64,000 nucleotides of DNA, from NCBI GenBank assembly GCA_963665295.1, contig OY762209.1, forward strand, positions 128,001-192,000. The letters run 5' to 3'. Position numbers and translations under genes: made by a program. This document shows, piece by piece, positions 41,855 through 52,019 of this stretch. This stretch comes from Syntrophorhabdaceae bacterium. GTDB lineage: Bacteria > Desulfobacterota > Syntrophorhabdia > Syntrophorhabdales > Syntrophorhabdaceae. The notes below the pieces were generated by a model, which saw only the letters and a program-made list of their open reading frames with translations, made no database searches and was not told where the DNA came from. Position 1 is the first letter of the stretch; each line of letters opens with the position of its first letter.

Positions 41855-44068
41855 ATGGGGAATCATCTATTGAGGGGAAGTCTTATTCTTATGTTCGCGA
41901 TGTTCTTAATGAATGGAGCCGGTCCCGGCCTTTGCGCCGAAGGGGGCGGGGGAAATGATCCGGGAAAGCAGAGTCCGAAGGCGGCAGCGAAACTGAAGGC
42001 GGGAGAGACCGCAAAGGCCGGGACCGAAGCGCGGGATCCCAACGTCTTCACCCTCGGCGTGATCGAGGTCAAGGACAGCAGGGAAGTCAACAGGTTCGTG
42101 ACGAGCGACAAAGTGAGTGACGAGGAGATGAGGGAGTTCAGTACAAACAGGTTGCCCGACGCCTTGAACCTGCTCCCCGGAGTGACCATGAGCCAGATAG
42201 GACAGAGAAATGAAAGGACCATCTACGTGCGTGGCTTCAACACGGCGCGGGTGCCCGTGTTTATGGACGGCATTCCCGTATATATGCCTTACGACAGAAC
42301 CTTCGATTTCAACCGGTTCAGCACCTTCGACCTGTCGGAAATCATAGTAACCAAGGGGTTCACGTCGGTCCTTTATGGCCCCAATACCATGGGCGGCGCC
42401 ATAAACATGGTCTCCCGGAAGCCCGTGAAGGCCTTCGAAGGTAACGCGGGGGCGCAATACGGGTCGGGCAACAGCTATTTCGGGTACGCGAACCTGGGCA
42501 GCAAACACCGGAACTGGTACCTCCAGGGGGGCGTCTCCTACATGGCCCAGACCTATTTCCCCGTGTCCGGTGATTTTAACGCCACCAAAAATCAAACCGG
42601 CCTCGGCCGCACCCATTCCGATTCCCAGGATTCGAGGATAAGCCTAAAACTGGGCCTCACCCCCTGGGACGGCCACGAGTATGTCCTTGGATGGATAAAG
42701 CAGGAGGGCAGCAAAGGGGGACCGCCGGACGCGAGGGTGTCGTCCACCACCAACAACAACTACATCTCCACCCAGCGGTGGCTGTGGCCCAGATGGGACA
42801 AGGACAGCTATTTTCTGACGACCCACACGCCCATCGGTGAAAAAAACTACGCCAAGACAAGACTCTATTACGACAAGTTCACCAACTGGCTCGACTATTT
42901 CACTCCCAACAACAACGCCTATGCCCAGTACTACAACTCATTCGGCCAGAGAAGTTACTATGACGACTACACCATAGGCGGAGCCCTCGAGATGGGCACC
43001 AAACTCATTCCCTGGAATGATATCAAGGCGTCCTTCCACTACAAGCGGGACAGCCACAGTGAAAAGAACGCGATCAACAACATATATACGAACAAGAAGC
43101 CGGTCTACGTCGGGATGCCATGGGTGCCGGACGACGACGTCACCACGTCCGTGGGGCTCCAGGACACGATCGACTTCACAAAAAAGTTCTACGCCATCGC
43201 GGGAATCAGCTACGACCGACTGGATGCGCTGCGCGCCAAAAAGTGGGTCAACACCTATAACGCCACCGGCACCACGGGATACGTGGGGTGGCAATCTTTT
43301 AACACCGACGCCGTCAGCAAGGTAAGTCCTCAGTTGGGTCTCTTCTACCGGACTTCCGAAACGGGCATAATCCATGCCACGGCCGAGCAGAAGATGAGGT
43401 TCCCCACCATGAAGGAGCGGTACAGCTGGAGCTTTGGGAAGTCGATCGATAACCCGGCCCTCAAGCCGGAAACGTCGGTAAACTACGAACTGGGATACGA
43501 GGAACTTTTCCTCAAGAAAAAGATACGCTTCAAAACCGCGGTCTTCCGCAACGACATAGCCGACGCCATCCAGCAGGTTATCACCACCAACCCCTACTAT
43601 GGGCAGACCGGGTGGACCAACCCTACGGTCAACCAGAATCAGAACGTCGGGCGGGTGCAGCAGTATGGCCTTGAACTCCAGAGTGACGTAGCGATCACGG
43701 ATAACCTGGACGGCGGGCTTAATTACACCTATCTCAACAGGGAAAGTCTGAAGACTTCAGGGGCCTACGTGAGGCTCACCGATGTGCCGGCCCACAAGGT
43801 ATTCACCTACATGAAATACAAGACGCCCCTGCGCGGCATGAGCGTGCTCGGCAGCTTTGAATACGGTTCCAACCGAAGCAACGACACCTCCGGCATATAC
43901 AACACGGGTCCCGCGGCCATCGCCAACGCGAAGGTCATGTATGAGGTCATCAAGGACCTCATCGTGGAGGGCGGCGTGAACAATCTCCTCGACCGCAATT
44001 ATCAATACTCGACCGGGTTTCCGGAGCCGGGAAGGACCCTGTTCGCGGGTGTGCGGTGCAGGTTCTAG
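41855..44068 (+). CDS. TonB-dependent outer-membrane receptor
   Basis: Signal peptide; TonB-box-like FTLGVIEV; plug motifs LPGV, YVRGF, SVLYGPNTMGGAINMV; LKPETS; NNLLDRNY...PGR; C-terminal Phe. Confidence 0.95.
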   Translation: MGNHLLRGSLILMFAMFLMNGAGPGLCAEGGGGNDPGKQSPKAAAKLKAGETAKAGTEARDPNVFTLGVIEVKDSREVNRFVTSDKVSDEEMREFSTNRLPDALNLLPGVTMSQIGQRNERTIYVRGFNTARVPVFMDGIPVYMPYDRTFDFNRFSTFDLSEIIVTKGFTSVLYGPNTMGGAINMVSRKPVKAFEGNAGAQYGSGNSYFGYANLGSKHRNWYLQGGVSYMAQTYFPVSGDFNATKNQTGLGRTHSDSQDSRISLKLGLTPWDGHEYVLGWIKQEGSKGGPPDARVSSTTNNNYISTQRWLWPRWDKDSYFLTTHTPIGEKNYAKTRLYYDKFTNWLDYFTPNNNAYAQYYNSFGQRSYYDDYTIGGALEMGTKLIPWNDIKASFHYKRDSHSEKNAINNIYTNKKPVYVGMPWVPDDDVTTSVGLQDTIDFTKKFYAIAGISYDRLDALRAKKWVNTYNATGTTGYVGWQSFNTDAVSKVSPQLGLFYRTSETGIIHATAEQKMRFPTMKERYSWSFGKSIDNPALKPETSVNYELGYEELFLKKKIRFKTAVFRNDIADAIQQVITTNPYYGQTGWTNPTVNQNQNVGRVQQYGLELQSDVAITDNLDGGLNYTYLNRESLKTSGAYVRLTDVPAHKVFTYMKYKTPLRGMSVLGSFEYGSNRSNDTSGIYNTGPAAIANAKVMYEVIKDLIVEGGVNNLLDRNYQYSTGFPEPGRTLFAGVRCRF

Positions 44069-44078
44069 GCAGGACAGA

Positions 44079-44903
44079 GTGATACTCAACGAAACAACCG
44101 ACATAGTCAGGCGCATCTACCGCGGAGGACTCGCCAACATAACCGTCGAAAGACTGGTGGTGGGCGTTTTCTTCGCGGGCGTGAGACTGTCGAATGGATG
44201 TGGGGGCATATCCTACACCCCCACATCCGAGATACACCGGCGGCATCGCACCGCCTGTCCGCGTCAGGAAGCGACGCCTCCCCGTCTCAAAGGGACGCCC
44301 GTTTCCCACGTCCTCAACTCCGCAGATGACAGTCCCCTCTTCAGCACGGTGAAGATCGCCGTGCTGAACGCCCTGTCGGAACCCCTCATTTCCCGAGGCA
44401 GGTACAAGTGGATCGACGACCGCGACGCCCTTGACATGATAGAGCCCGAATCCATGGGTGCAGTCGGCATGGTCGGCGCTTTCGGCCCCTTCCTCGCGAG
44501 GTTCAGGGAGACGGACGTCCATGACATTCGCGTCATTGAAATGCGAAAAGACAACCTCAGTAATGAAGACAAGAAGTTGTATGTCCCTTCCCGTCACGCC
44601 GGAAGGGTGCTCCCCCATTGCGATACGGTGATAATCACCGGAGCTTCCATCGCCAACGGCACCATAGACCGCCTCCTGGACTTCGTGAGGCCCGGGGCTA
44701 CGGTTGTCGTAGTGGGGCCCACGGCAAGTTTCCTGCCCGACGCCCTCTTCGACAGGCATGTCAACGTGGTATGCGGCGTCAGGGTCACGAACCCGGACAA
44801 AGCGATCGACATGATTTCGGAAGGGCTTGCCGCGTACCACCTCTTTCACGACTGTATGAGGAAGGTCAGTCTTCTCAGACCGGACAAGGAGCAAATGCCA
44901 TGA
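44079..44903 (+). CDS. DUF364 family (Rossmann-like putative metal-chelation) protein
   Basis: VKIAVLNAL, VGMVGAF, IITGASIANGT, VGPTAS, CGVRV. Confidence 0.82.
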   Translation: MILNETTDIVRRIYRGGLANITVERLVVGVFFAGVRLSNGCGGISYTPTSEIHRRHRTACPRQEATPPRLKGTPVSHVLNSADDSPLFSTVKIAVLNALSEPLISRGRYKWIDDRDALDMIEPESMGAVGMVGAFGPFLARFRETDVHDIRVIEMRKDNLSNEDKKLYVPSRHAGRVLPHCDTVIITGASIANGTIDRLLDFVRPGATVVVVGPTASFLPDALFDRHVNVVCGVRVTNPDKAIDMISEGLAAYHLFHDCMRKVSLLRPDKEQMP

Positions 44904-45769
44904 ACGCCATCCGTGGACCCGTTTTCACCTCTCGCATGAAAGAGGTCATGGTTTCCGTGTTGATCCACGGAGCCCTCATATCCCTCGTCCTCGCCCTCGC
45001 AGGCCACTACGCCCATCGCCCCTCCGACCTCACCACGATCCTCCTTAACATGGACAGCGTAAAACCCCGTCCCTCGGACAGGCCGGGAGGCGACGGGAGG
45101 AAAGCCGGCTCCGAAGGCACGGATAAAAAGGCCGCGAAGGGCGTACCCAAAACAGCGTTGAGCCGGACCCCGAGCCCGGTCAAAAACCAGACGCCTCCGG
45201 CCCAGGATTCAGGAAAAGGTGTCACCCCACGGGAGAACCACCTCCACGCAAGTAGTCCGGCGGACACCTCGACGGCAACGAACCTGCCGGGGGCTACCTC
45301 TCTTGCGGCCGACAGCGGCGAATACCACGGATTAGCGGGCAACGGAGAAGGTCTTGGCGGAGGAGGCGGCAAAGGACTCGGCGCTTACGGCGCGGGCTCA
45401 GGGTTCGGGGGGACCGGCCGGGGCGGCATGGGCGGAGGCCGCGGTGAGGGCAGGGGCAGCGGCAGTCCGAAGCAGGCGGACGTTGACCTCTATCTCAAAG
45501 AGCATTACGCCTACATCCGCGACCTGATCATGAGGCATCTCGTCTATCCGCCGAAGGCGAAGAAGATGGGATGGGAAGGCAAGGTGACGGTGGCCTTTAC
45601 CATTTCGGAAACGGGCATGGCAAGCGCACTTCGGGTGGTGGCGGGTTCCGGCCATCAGATCCTCGATGAGAACGTGATGGATACCATTAAGGAGGTGCAG
45701 CCTTTTCCCAGACCCCCTGCGCCTGCTCCCCTTAAAATCCCCATCACCTACCGGCTCGACAACACATGA
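44900..45769 (+). CDS. tonB: Energy transducer TonB
   Basis: SVLIH TM motif, Gly-rich linker, YPPKAKKMGWEGKV, SGHQILD; ATGA overlap with the upstream gene. Confidence 0.9.
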   Translation: MNAIRGPVFTSRMKEVMVSVLIHGALISLVLALAGHYAHRPSDLTTILLNMDSVKPRPSDRPGGDGRKAGSEGTDKKAAKGVPKTALSRTPSPVKNQTPPAQDSGKGVTPRENHLHASSPADTSTATNLPGATSLAADSGEYHGLAGNGEGLGGGGGKGLGAYGAGSGFGGTGRGGMGGGRGEGRGSGSPKQADVDLYLKEHYAYIRDLIMRHLVYPPKAKKMGWEGKVTVAFTISETGMASALRVVAGSGHQILDENVMDTIKEVQPFPRPPAPAPLKIPITYRLDNT

Positions 45770-45808
45770 CACCATGGATTACCAAATCAGCGTACAGGGA
45801 GGCAACAC

Positions 45809-46405
45809 ATGAGCGAAGACCATTTTGATCTGCAAAGACTTTTGAACGAAGCAAAGGAGTTCCACGGAGATCTCTGCGCGGGGATTACCCTCGGGACGAG
45901 GATGTCCATACTCGGGCTCAAGGCGATCGGGATAGAGGACCCGAAAGGAAAGGACCGCAAGAACCTCGTTGTTTACGTGGAGACCGACAGGTGTGCGAGC
46001 GACGCAATCCTGGCGGTAACGGGCTGCCACCCCGGTAAGAGGAGCATGAAGATACTTGACTTCGGCAAAATGGCGGCCACCTTCATAAACCTTCAAACGG
46101 GCAAGGCGGTAAGGGTGGTGGTCAAAGACAAGGATGGAGGAAAAGAGTACACCCCGGAGATGGTGGAAAAGGAACCTCACACCGAGGCCTATGCCATGGC
46201 TCCCGCCGAGGACCTCTTCGAGGTGGCCGAAGTAGAGGTAGACCTGAAACCGGAGGATATGCCGGGAAAACCGCTCAGGATTGTCACCTGCGCGTCCTGC
46301 GGGGAGCGGGTCATGGATATGAGGGAAGTGAGAAAAGGCGGGGAATCCTTTTGCAGGCCCTGCGCGGAGAATAAATTCTACTATAGAGTCAAGAACAGGG
46401 CATGA
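45809..46405 (+). CDS. FmdE family protein with C-terminal zinc finger
   Basis: FHGDLCAG, ETDRCASDA, TGC..GK, DFGK.AATF, CASCGE...CRPC. Confidence 0.9.
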   Translation: MSEDHFDLQRLLNEAKEFHGDLCAGITLGTRMSILGLKAIGIEDPKGKDRKNLVVYVETDRCASDAILAVTGCHPGKRSMKILDFGKMAATFINLQTGKAVRVVVKDKDGGKEYTPEMVEKEPHTEAYAMAPAEDLFEVAEVEVDLKPEDMPGKPLRIVTCASCGERVMDMREVRKGGESFCRPCAENKFYYRVKNRA

Positions 46406-47271
46406 AGAGGGGGGCAAAGGCGATGCACGGATGCGAAGCGATGAACACGGATGTGGCAGGGATAGACTGGAGCGAAGCATGGAAGGAAGCAAAGGCGAAG
46501 AGAACCGTCGGCACCAGAGACAACAAGTTTTGGGACAGGAGGGCTCCGTCGTTTTCGAAACACGCGTCGCAGACGGTCTATCCGGAAGCCTTCCTCAATA
46601 TCATGAACCCCGAGCCTCACTGGACCATTCTTGATATGGCATGCGGAGGAGGCACCCTCGCCATACCCCTTGCGGCAAAGGTGGGTGAGGTGACGGCAGT
46701 TGACTTTTCAGAGAGGATGCTCGATATGGTCACGCAAAAATGCCGCGATGAAAACATTACGAACGTGAAAACCATCAACGGGAGTTGGGAAGATGATTGG
46801 CCCACCCGCGGCATCGGGACGTACGACGTGTCCATTGCCTCCCGGTCTCTTGTGGTGGATGATCTCCGGGCTGCCATCCTCAAGTTGGACGGGGCTGCCC
46901 GGGAGCGTGTCTATATTTCGACCATAGTGGGCGACGGCCCCTACGACCGGCGTATGTTCGACGCCCTGGGCAGGCCCCTCTACATGGGGCCTGACTACAT
47001 CTATAACTACAACCTCCTCTACCAGATGGGCATCCACGCCAGGTTGACCTTCATCGAAGAGACTGCTAACGGGACTTTCGAGAGCCTCGAGGACGCCCTC
47101 AACTCCGTCCATTGGATGCTGGACCACATGACCCCCGAGGAGGAGGAGACCCTCACCCATTATCTCGCAAAACATCTCACACCAACTAACGGCGCCTGGA
47201 AACTGGACTACGACAGGACCATCCGGTGGGCGGTTATGTGGTGGGACAAGAAGACAGGGGGCGCGCGGTGA
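46402..47271 (+). CDS. Class I SAM-dependent methyltransferase
   Basis: ILDMACGGGTL, AVDFSERML, YDVSIASRS. Confidence 0.88.
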   Translation: MKRGAKAMHGCEAMNTDVAGIDWSEAWKEAKAKRTVGTRDNKFWDRRAPSFSKHASQTVYPEAFLNIMNPEPHWTILDMACGGGTLAIPLAAKVGEVTAVDFSERMLDMVTQKCRDENITNVKTINGSWEDDWPTRGIGTYDVSIASRSLVVDDLRAAILKLDGAARERVYISTIVGDGPYDRRMFDALGRPLYMGPDYIYNYNLLYQMGIHARLTFIEETANGTFESLEDALNSVHWMLDHMTPEEEETLTHYLAKHLTPTNGAWKLDYDRTIRWAVMWWDKKTGGAR

Positions 47272-48350
47272 GGCGGCGTATCGCCATGCCCCCAGGAAAA
47301 AGGCCGATTGTCGCCACGCGCGGCGCGGGCCTTACAGCCCTGGTCGCCCTTCTCTTCATCGTCCTCTTCATGACTACGGTTCACGCGAGAGAGATCGTGG
47401 ATATGAGGGGACGGAAGGTTACTATTCCCGATAAGATTACACGGGTATATTCGAGCTCCCCTCCCGTGACGTTCATGATCGCCGCAGTTGACCCCACGCT
47501 CCTCGTGGGGCTCAACTTCGCCCTTACGGAAGGATCGAAACCGTATATGCCCCAGTCAATGCGCACGTTGCCCGTGCTGGGCGGATTTTACGGAAGAGGA
47601 CAGACTGCCAATATCGAGATGATATTGAAAGCGAAGCCCGACGTGATCATCACGGGCGGATTCAAAAACACGCCCATGAATGACAAATATGAGGAGTCCA
47701 TCAAGGGCCTCGGTATTCCCGTCGTCTACACGACATTCGAAACACTTCCCGAGTATTCGGACGCCTTTCTGTTTCTCGGAAAGGTCCTGAAACGGGAGGA
47801 GCGGGCAAAGACGCTTGCCCGGTACGGAAGAGATACCCTTCGGGACATCAGGACCCGGGTGAACGCCATTCCCTCCAACAGGAGACCCACAGTCTACTAC
47901 GCGGAGGACATGGACGGCCTTGCTACGGAATGTACCGGCTCCCCCCACGCGGAGCTTATCGAACTGGCGGGAGCCAGGAATGTGGCCCGTTGCACGCCCA
48001 GGGACCAGATGGGCATGGAGACCATAAGTCTGGAAAAGGTCATATATTACGACCCGGAGGTCATCATAGTGAAGGAACGGACGTTCTATGACAAGATATT
48101 TACCGACCCCGGCTGGAAACGGATAAAGGCGGTGAAGACGAAACGGGTCTATCTCATACCCTCCCTACCCTTCAACTGGTTCGACCGTCCTCCTTCCTTC
48201 ATGCGCTATATGGGAATTCAGTGGCTTATGGGTTGTCTCTATCCCGGCGAATACCGCAAGGACACGGTGAAGGAGGCTCAAAGCTTCTACCGGCTCTTTC
48301 TGGGGGTCAATCCCACCGATGCCCGGATGCGCGCGGTGATTACCCCATGA
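47268..48350 (+). CDS. ABC substrate-binding protein (Fe-siderophore/cobalamin, type II)
   Basis: DMRGRKVTIP, KPDVII, ELAGARN, PFNWFDRPPS; GTGA overlap with the upstream gene. Confidence 0.88.
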   Translation: MRRRIAMPPGKRPIVATRGAGLTALVALLFIVLFMTTVHAREIVDMRGRKVTIPDKITRVYSSSPPVTFMIAAVDPTLLVGLNFALTEGSKPYMPQSMRTLPVLGGFYGRGQTANIEMILKAKPDVIITGGFKNTPMNDKYEESIKGLGIPVVYTTFETLPEYSDAFLFLGKVLKREERAKTLARYGRDTLRDIRTRVNAIPSNRRPTVYYAEDMDGLATECTGSPHAELIELAGARNVARCTPRDQMGMETISLEKVIYYDPEVIIVKERTFYDKIFTDPGWKRIKAVKTKRVYLIPSLPFNWFDRPPSFMRYMGIQWLMGCLYPGEYRKDTVKEAQSFYRLFLGVNPTDARMRAVITP

Positions 48351-49360
48351 AGCGCTTCGGTCTTTTTCCTCTCCTCGCGGGACTCCTCGCGCTGACCGCC
48401 GTCTCGTCTCTCGCCCTCGGCAGATATCCCCTTCCCGTGGGCGATGTGGTGGGCCTGCTCCTTTCCAAGGGACTCCACTGGGGTCAGACGAACCCGGCAA
48501 TGAGCGGGATGTTCGAGAATCTTGTCATGGATATCCGCATGCCGAGGATTCTCGCCGCCCTCCTCATCGGGGCTTCGCTCTCGGTTTCGGGCGCATCCTT
48601 TCAGGCCATGTTTCTCAATCCCCTCGTCTCTCCCGGGCTCCTGGGCGTCCTGGCCGGGGCTGCTTTCGGCGCTGCCTTGGGCATGGTCCTTTCCAAGAGT
48701 TGGATCGTGGTTCAGGGCATGTCCCTCGCCTTCGGCTTTGTCGCAGTCATCCTGTCCCTCGGCATCGCGAAGGTGCACAAGGGCAATACCCTGCTCCTCC
48801 TCGTTCTCGGCGGGGTGATCAGCACCGCTCTCTTCACATCTCTCCTGTCCGTCATCAAGTATGTGGCCGACCCTTACAACCAGTTGCCGGAAATCGTGCG
48901 CTGGCTCATGGGCGGGCTCTCTTTCGTGGACAGGAAAGTACTCTATGCCACGGCCATACCGCAAGCCCTCGCCATATGTGCCATCGCCCTCCTCTCAGGG
49001 TATCTGAACGCCCTTTCCATGGGCGACGAGGAGGCAAGGTCCCTGGGCGTACCCGTGAAATGGATACGTATCCTCCTTATCTTCCTTGCCACCTTCATAA
49101 GCAGCATGACCGTGGTCCTTGCGGGCATGATCCTCTGGGTGGGCCTCATCATCCCCCATATCACGCGCATGCTCGTGGGACCCGACAACAGGGTGCTCAT
49201 ACCCGCGAGCGCCTTGATCGGCGCCATCTACCTTATCGTGGTCGACGACCTGTCGCGCATGGCCTTCAGCGTGGAAATACCCATCGGCATCAGCACGTCC
49301 CTTGTGGGCATAACCTTCTTTGCAGTGATATTGAGAAAAGCGAGGAGAGGATGGAATTGA
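48347..49360 (+). CDS. FecCD/BtuC family ABC permease
   Basis: RMPRI, NPLVSPGLLGV, WLMG, EEARSLG, WVGLIIPH. Confidence 0.92.
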   Translation: MKRFGLFPLLAGLLALTAVSSLALGRYPLPVGDVVGLLLSKGLHWGQTNPAMSGMFENLVMDIRMPRILAALLIGASLSVSGASFQAMFLNPLVSPGLLGVLAGAAFGAALGMVLSKSWIVVQGMSLAFGFVAVILSLGIAKVHKGNTLLLLVLGGVISTALFTSLLSVIKYVADPYNQLPEIVRWLMGGLSFVDRKVLYATAIPQALAICAIALLSGYLNALSMGDEEARSLGVPVKWIRILLIFLATFISSMTVVLAGMILWVGLIIPHITRMLVGPDNRVLIPASALIGAIYLIVVDDLSRMAFSVEIPIGISTSLVGITFFAVILRKARRGWN

Positions 49361-50196
49361 TACCCCGCATCAGAGTGGAAAACGTGCTTTTCGGGTATAC
49401 GGAGAAACCTGTACTGAAAGAGGTAAGCCTCGACATTTTTCCGGGAGAAATCGTCATCCTCCTTGGCCCGAACGGCAGCGGCAAGAGTACGCTCCTGAAG
49501 AGCATGGTGGGCCTTCTCCGTCCGAAGGAGGGAACTGTTTCCCTGAACGGGAAGAACGTCGCCCACATAGGCTCCAAGGCCCTCGCCCGTGAAATCGCCT
49601 ATGTGCCCCAGATCCACAAAAATTCCTTCCCTTACCAGGTGATCGACGTGGTGCTCATGGGCAGAATCCCCCATAAACCCTTCTTCTTCAGGTACACCAG
49701 GGAAGATATCCGCATCGCGGAAAAGGTACTTCAAAGACTCTCCATCGAGCATCTCGCCGCCAGATCATACACGGACATCAGCGGTGGAGAGCGGCAGCTC
49801 ACCCTTATTGCGCGGGCCCTTACTCAGGAGGCAAGGACGTTCATTATGGATGAACCGGCAACGGGTCTCGATTACGGAAATCAGCTAAGGCTTCTCGAAC
49901 AGATAGTCGCCCTCTCCAAAGAGGGGTACACCTTCGTCACGTCAACCCATGCCCCGGAGCACGCGCTCTGGATCGCAGACCGGGTGATCATGATAAAGGG
50001 GGGCTCAATTCTCGCGGACGGAGACGCCGATGAGGTGGTGAACAGCCGGAATCTCGATCGCCTCTACAAGACAAAGGTGGACGTAGTAAACGTGAACGAC
50101 TCCTTCAGGGTGTGCATCCCCGGGGCTCTTCAAGGCGGTCCTTTGAAGAATGAGCCGGGCGTGGACGGTAGAGAGGCGGTGGGGAGTAATCAATGA
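49351..50196 (+). CDS. ABC ATPase (FecE/BtuD-like)
   Basis: GPNGSGKST, ISGGERQ, MDEP. Confidence 0.92.
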   Translation: MELIPRIRVENVLFGYTEKPVLKEVSLDIFPGEIVILLGPNGSGKSTLLKSMVGLLRPKEGTVSLNGKNVAHIGSKALAREIAYVPQIHKNSFPYQVIDVVLMGRIPHKPFFFRYTREDIRIAEKVLQRLSIEHLAARSYTDISGGERQLTLIARALTQEARTFIMDEPATGLDYGNQLRLLEQIVALSKEGYTFVTSTHAPEHALWIADRVIMIKGGSILADGDADEVVNSRNLDRLYKTKVDVVNVNDSFRVCIPGALQGGPLKNEPGVDGREAVGSNQ

Positions 50197-50243
50197 AGCG
50201 TGAAGAGCAATGCCGCTATGTCGGCGATAGACGATAGAAGGAG

Positions 50244-52004
50244 ATGGAGATTATGAAGAAAGGGCTTTTATTATTCTGCGCGGGACTCACCCTCTCGTGG
50301 ATACTCGGGGTTGCCCCCTCGATGGCTCTCACCATAGGCGGCCTCGTGAAGCAGCCCCTCAACCTGAGCGCGACAGACCTCGCAAAGCTGGAAAGCGCTG
50401 TCGTGAGGCTGAACGAGGTCACCCGCGATAACCGGTTCCTGGGCGCCTTCACATACCGCGGGGTCCCGCTCAGGACGCTGCTCGGGCTCGCCTTCGTACA
50501 GAAGGAGGAGTCCTCTTTTCCCAAACCCCTTGACCTTGCGGTAATCGTCCGCAACAAGGAAGGGAAGACCGCGGTACTCTCGTGGGGTGAGATATTCCAT
50601 CGCAATGCCGCCGACATACTGATCGCCTTTTCGTCCGAGCCGGTGATGCCCGGACACATGAAGAGTTGCGGCGCCTGCCATGGGGCAAAGACATATCAGC
50701 CCGCCATCGACCAATTGACCCGGAAGGTCGGATTGCCCAAACTCGTGGTGGCCACTGATTTCTTTGCCGACCGCAGCATCGAGGACGTGGTCCATATCGA
50801 GGTTGTTGAACCAAAACCGGCGGCGGACAAGAAACAGACGAAGCCGCCCCTGTTCTCACCGGCTATCATTGTTTCCGGTCCATCGGGCAAATCCGTGGAA
50901 GTGAAGGATCTCGCCGGTTATCCCAGGACGGAGACCGCGGTCAAAGAGGTGAGTGACGGGATGGGTTACCATGGCGTAAAACCCATGAGCGGCGCGCCCC
51001 TCAAAGACATCCTCACCAAAACGGGTATGGGGCTGGATGCCGACACGGCAGTCCTCGCGTCCTCCGCGGACAACTACAGGGTGCTCATATCCTACGGTGA
51101 ACTTTTCCTGAACCCCGGTGGAGACAGAATAATGGTAGCCGACAGCGCCGGAGGAGCGCCTCTCAAGGAGGGGAAATTCGCCCTCGTCTTTCCCGACGAC
51201 CTCGCGTACGACCGCACCGCAAGGGCGCTCCACAAGATCGAGGTGGTCTCTCTGAAGGACAAGGCGAGACTATTCGTGATCGGTGTAGGCTCGGGCGATA
51301 CGAACCTTCTCACCCTGGAGGCGATTTCCTTTATGGGCAAGGCGGACGTGTTCGTCGCCTCGGAAGATATAAGAAAGCGTTATTCCAAATACATGGGCGA
51401 CAAACCGGTGCTCTTCGATCCTTTCGCAAGCATGAAACACCCGGACAAGGAGAAACCCGGCTCTCCCACCGGGGCGGCAAAGGAGGCCCTTGCCATGGAA
51501 CGGGCGCAAAACAATCGCCTCATCGAGGACGCCCTGAAGCAGGGCAGGAACGTTGCCGTCCTCGAATACGGCGACCCCACGATCTACCCGCCGTGGCATC
51601 GCTGGATGGAGGATGCCCTCAAAGCACGGGTAGAGACAATAGTGCCGGGTCTGAGCGCCTTCAACGCGTCCAATGCCATGATCGCGAAGAACCTCGCGTG
51701 TAAAGGCGGCTCCCTGGTGCTCAGTTCGCCCTGGGCCCTCGCACAAAATGAAGAGATGGTGAAGGCCGCCCACTCCCGGGGAGATACGGTTGCCGTGTTC
51801 ATGGGAGTAAGGGAACTTGCATCTCTTGCGCCGGTCCTGCTCCGGCACTATCCCCCGTCAACACCCCTCACCATTGTATACCGGGCCGGTTACTCCGCGG
51901 GCGGGCACGTAGTGAAGACCACCCTGGGGGATGCCATCGCAACAGCCTCCAGGGACATGGAAAAGCACCTCGCCATGGTCTACATAGGCCCGTGCCTCCG
52001 GTAA
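50244..52004 (+). CDS. Exported fusion: two molybdopterin-oxidoreductase (SUOX)-like domains with CxxCH, plus a tetrapyrrole methylase (CobM/CbiF-like) domain
   Basis: Signal peptide; LTIGGLVKQPLNLS/YRGVPLRTLL and SGAPLKDIL/ADNY/LVFPDD..R...KIEV; CGACH at 50667-50681; VIGVGSGD, GDPTIY, VPGLSAF. Confidence 0.7.
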   Translation: MEIMKKGLLLFCAGLTLSWILGVAPSMALTIGGLVKQPLNLSATDLAKLESAVVRLNEVTRDNRFLGAFTYRGVPLRTLLGLAFVQKEESSFPKPLDLAVIVRNKEGKTAVLSWGEIFHRNAADILIAFSSEPVMPGHMKSCGACHGAKTYQPAIDQLTRKVGLPKLVVATDFFADRSIEDVVHIEVVEPKPAADKKQTKPPLFSPAIIVSGPSGKSVEVKDLAGYPRTETAVKEVSDGMGYHGVKPMSGAPLKDILTKTGMGLDADTAVLASSADNYRVLISYGELFLNPGGDRIMVADSAGGAPLKEGKFALVFPDDLAYDRTARALHKIEVVSLKDKARLFVIGVGSGDTNLLTLEAISFMGKADVFVASEDIRKRYSKYMGDKPVLFDPFASMKHPDKEKPGSPTGAAKEALAMERAQNNRLIEDALKQGRNVAVLEYGDPTIYPPWHRWMEDALKARVETIVPGLSAFNASNAMIAKNLACKGGSLVLSSPWALAQNEEMVKAAHSRGDTVAVFMGVRELASLAPVLLRHYPPSTPLTIVYRAGYSAGGHVVKTTLGDAIATASRDMEKHLAMVYIGPCLR

Positions 52005-52019
52005 TGGAGGCCGGGTACC

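Noticed and set aside
50244..52004. Cobalamin biosynthesis operon implied by the CobM/CbiF-like domain
   Set aside because: No other cob/cbi genes nearby, and the domain is fused to an exported protein
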